Source: Hydrolagus colliei | Lineage: Eukaryota | Direction of reading: 5' to 3' | DNA length: 64,000 nt | Assembly: GCA_035084275.1 (NCBI GenBank) | Contig: CM068742.1 | Location: forward strand, 154,752,001-154,816,000 | Shown: one piece after another, positions 62,767-64,000 of the stretch | Layout: each line of letters starts with the position of its first letter | How positions within the stretch are numbered: the first letter of the stretch is position 1 | Translations under genes and position numbers: made by a program | The notes under the pieces: model-generated | The model's input: the letters and a program-made list of their open reading frames with translations, nothing else | Database searches by the model: none | Told to the model about the DNA's origin: nothing

Positions 62767-63156
62767 CTGTAACATACATACGTGTTCTGGGGCCAATTTC
62801 AAACTTTCCATCCTCACCCTGGAGCTCCACACGACAGGAGAACACCTTATCATTGTCCTCTCCCCTCAGCTGGTTTATCTTTATTGTAGCGTCGTTCCTC
62901 CTCGGGTTCCCAATCACTTTGTATCGATCTCCCTCGTTTACATCAATGACATTTTGATACTTTCCCTGTGAATCTGGCCTATAGTTTGTATATTTAAAAT
63001 ACACAGGACCAGCCCAGCCTCCCTTCCACTTGATGGTGATGTTGCCTGTGTATCTGGGGTGAGGGTGAGTGAACTTGCAGTACATGATGACTGGTGACCC
63101 TAACCTGCCAGTCACTGTATCAGGGATCTCCATTGTCCAGCCATTCTCACTGATCC
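62767..63156 (-). CDS. SIGLEC15-like: Gene D V1 exon: Siglec-15-like V-set with essential Arg
   Basis: Acceptor tgtgtgtcctcacAG, donor G|GTGAGG; 390 nt, phase 1-1. Encodes WTMEIPDTV..CKFTHPHPRYTG..W..GPVYF..RYKVIGNPRRND..SCRVE, the closest match in the window to mammalian Siglec-15 motifs. Confidence 0.93.
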
Positions 63157-63295
63157 CTGTGAGGACACACATGGTGTAATGTGAACCAGAACACAATATA
63201 AAAAGCAAACAGATAACACTGAGCTTGGACAAGAGCTAGTTTTGGTCATGGCTGAGAGTAATGTGGACAGTTTTGGGATCCTCTGTAAGAACACC

Positions 63296-64000
63296 AACAA
63301 CAAATTACACTTATAAAGCGCCTTTCACGTCGGGAGGACATCCCACGGCGCTGCACAGGATGCGTGTGACCCGAGCTGGGAGGGGAGTGTACGGGAAGGG
63401 GTGAAACAAGTAGGGAGGTCGAAAAATTTGGGGTGGAACAAATGGCACGGTCGAAGAGGAAAGTCTTCAAACCGGCCTTGAAAGAGGAAAGGGAAGAAAC
63501 GAGATGGAGGGATTGGGGGATGGAATTCCATAAAATCGGAGCAGAAAAACTGAAGGCCCGGCCTCTGATGGTGGGGCGGTTCGGGCGGGGGGCTTGGAGC
63601 AGGCCAAGTCCTGCTGAACGGAGGGTCCGGGTGGGCTTGTAGGGGGAGAGTAGATTGGTTAAGTAGGGCGGGGCAAGGCCATGTAAGGCCTTGAAGGTGA
63701 GGACGAAGATCTTGAACTCGATCCTCTGGAGGATGGGGAGCCAGTGGAGACGGGCGAGGGTGGGGCTATATGGTCGCGGAGGAGGGTGCGGGATAGTACA
63801 TGGGCTGCAGAGTTTTGGATGACCTGCAGCCTGTGAATGGAGCAACTGGGGAGGCCGACGAGGAGAGAATTTCCGTAGTCCAGCCTAGAGGTGATGTATG
63901 CGTGCACGAGTGTTTCGGCAGCGTGGGGTGTAAGATAGTTGCGGAGCCTGGCAATGTTGCGAAGTGTAAATGGTGGGATATAAAAGAAGGATATAAAGTT
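63296..64000 (-). mobile_element. L2 3' region (runs off the window)
   Basis: ITSRLDYGNSLL..LHWLPILQRIEFKI..APILWNSIP; tail tgttggtgttc. Confidence 0.9.

Overview
Eukaryotic, repeat-rich vertebrate DNA. The CR1/L2/Penelope/tRNA-SINE mix points to a cartilaginous fish, which is an inference. The only host genes form a cluster of Siglec-15-like Ig-superfamily receptors, which I assembled by hand from GT-AG sites and exon phases. Gene A (+, 6253-15284, 5' end not found) is V-C2-neutral TM with a tail carrying three ITIMs and a YxN motif. Pseudogene B (+, 17768-18137) is a frameshifted C2 exon plus a Lys-containing, DAP12-type TM; its V exon has been deleted. Gene C (-, 34523 to <=24487) is leader-V(Arg+)-C2-neutral TM with an unresolved tail. 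Gene D (-, 63156-44386) is an inverted paralog of A that appears to carry two V exons, V1 (CRVE, Arg+) and V2 (CHVH, Arg lost), followed by C2, TM and an ITIM/YxN tail. Together they look like a paired activating/inhibitory receptor family built on the Siglec-15 scaffold. The rest of the window is transposon debris: a young nested CR1 family, L2 remnants, a tRNA-SINE with an L2-like tail, two Tigger/pogo-type TA-TSD elements, Penelope-like pieces with hammerhead-ribozyme cores, and an AGCT/GGGCT minisatellite resembling Ig switch repeats. Exon coordinates were counted from splice sites; repeat boundaries are approximate unless a TSD or TIR is quoted. No database searches were run.
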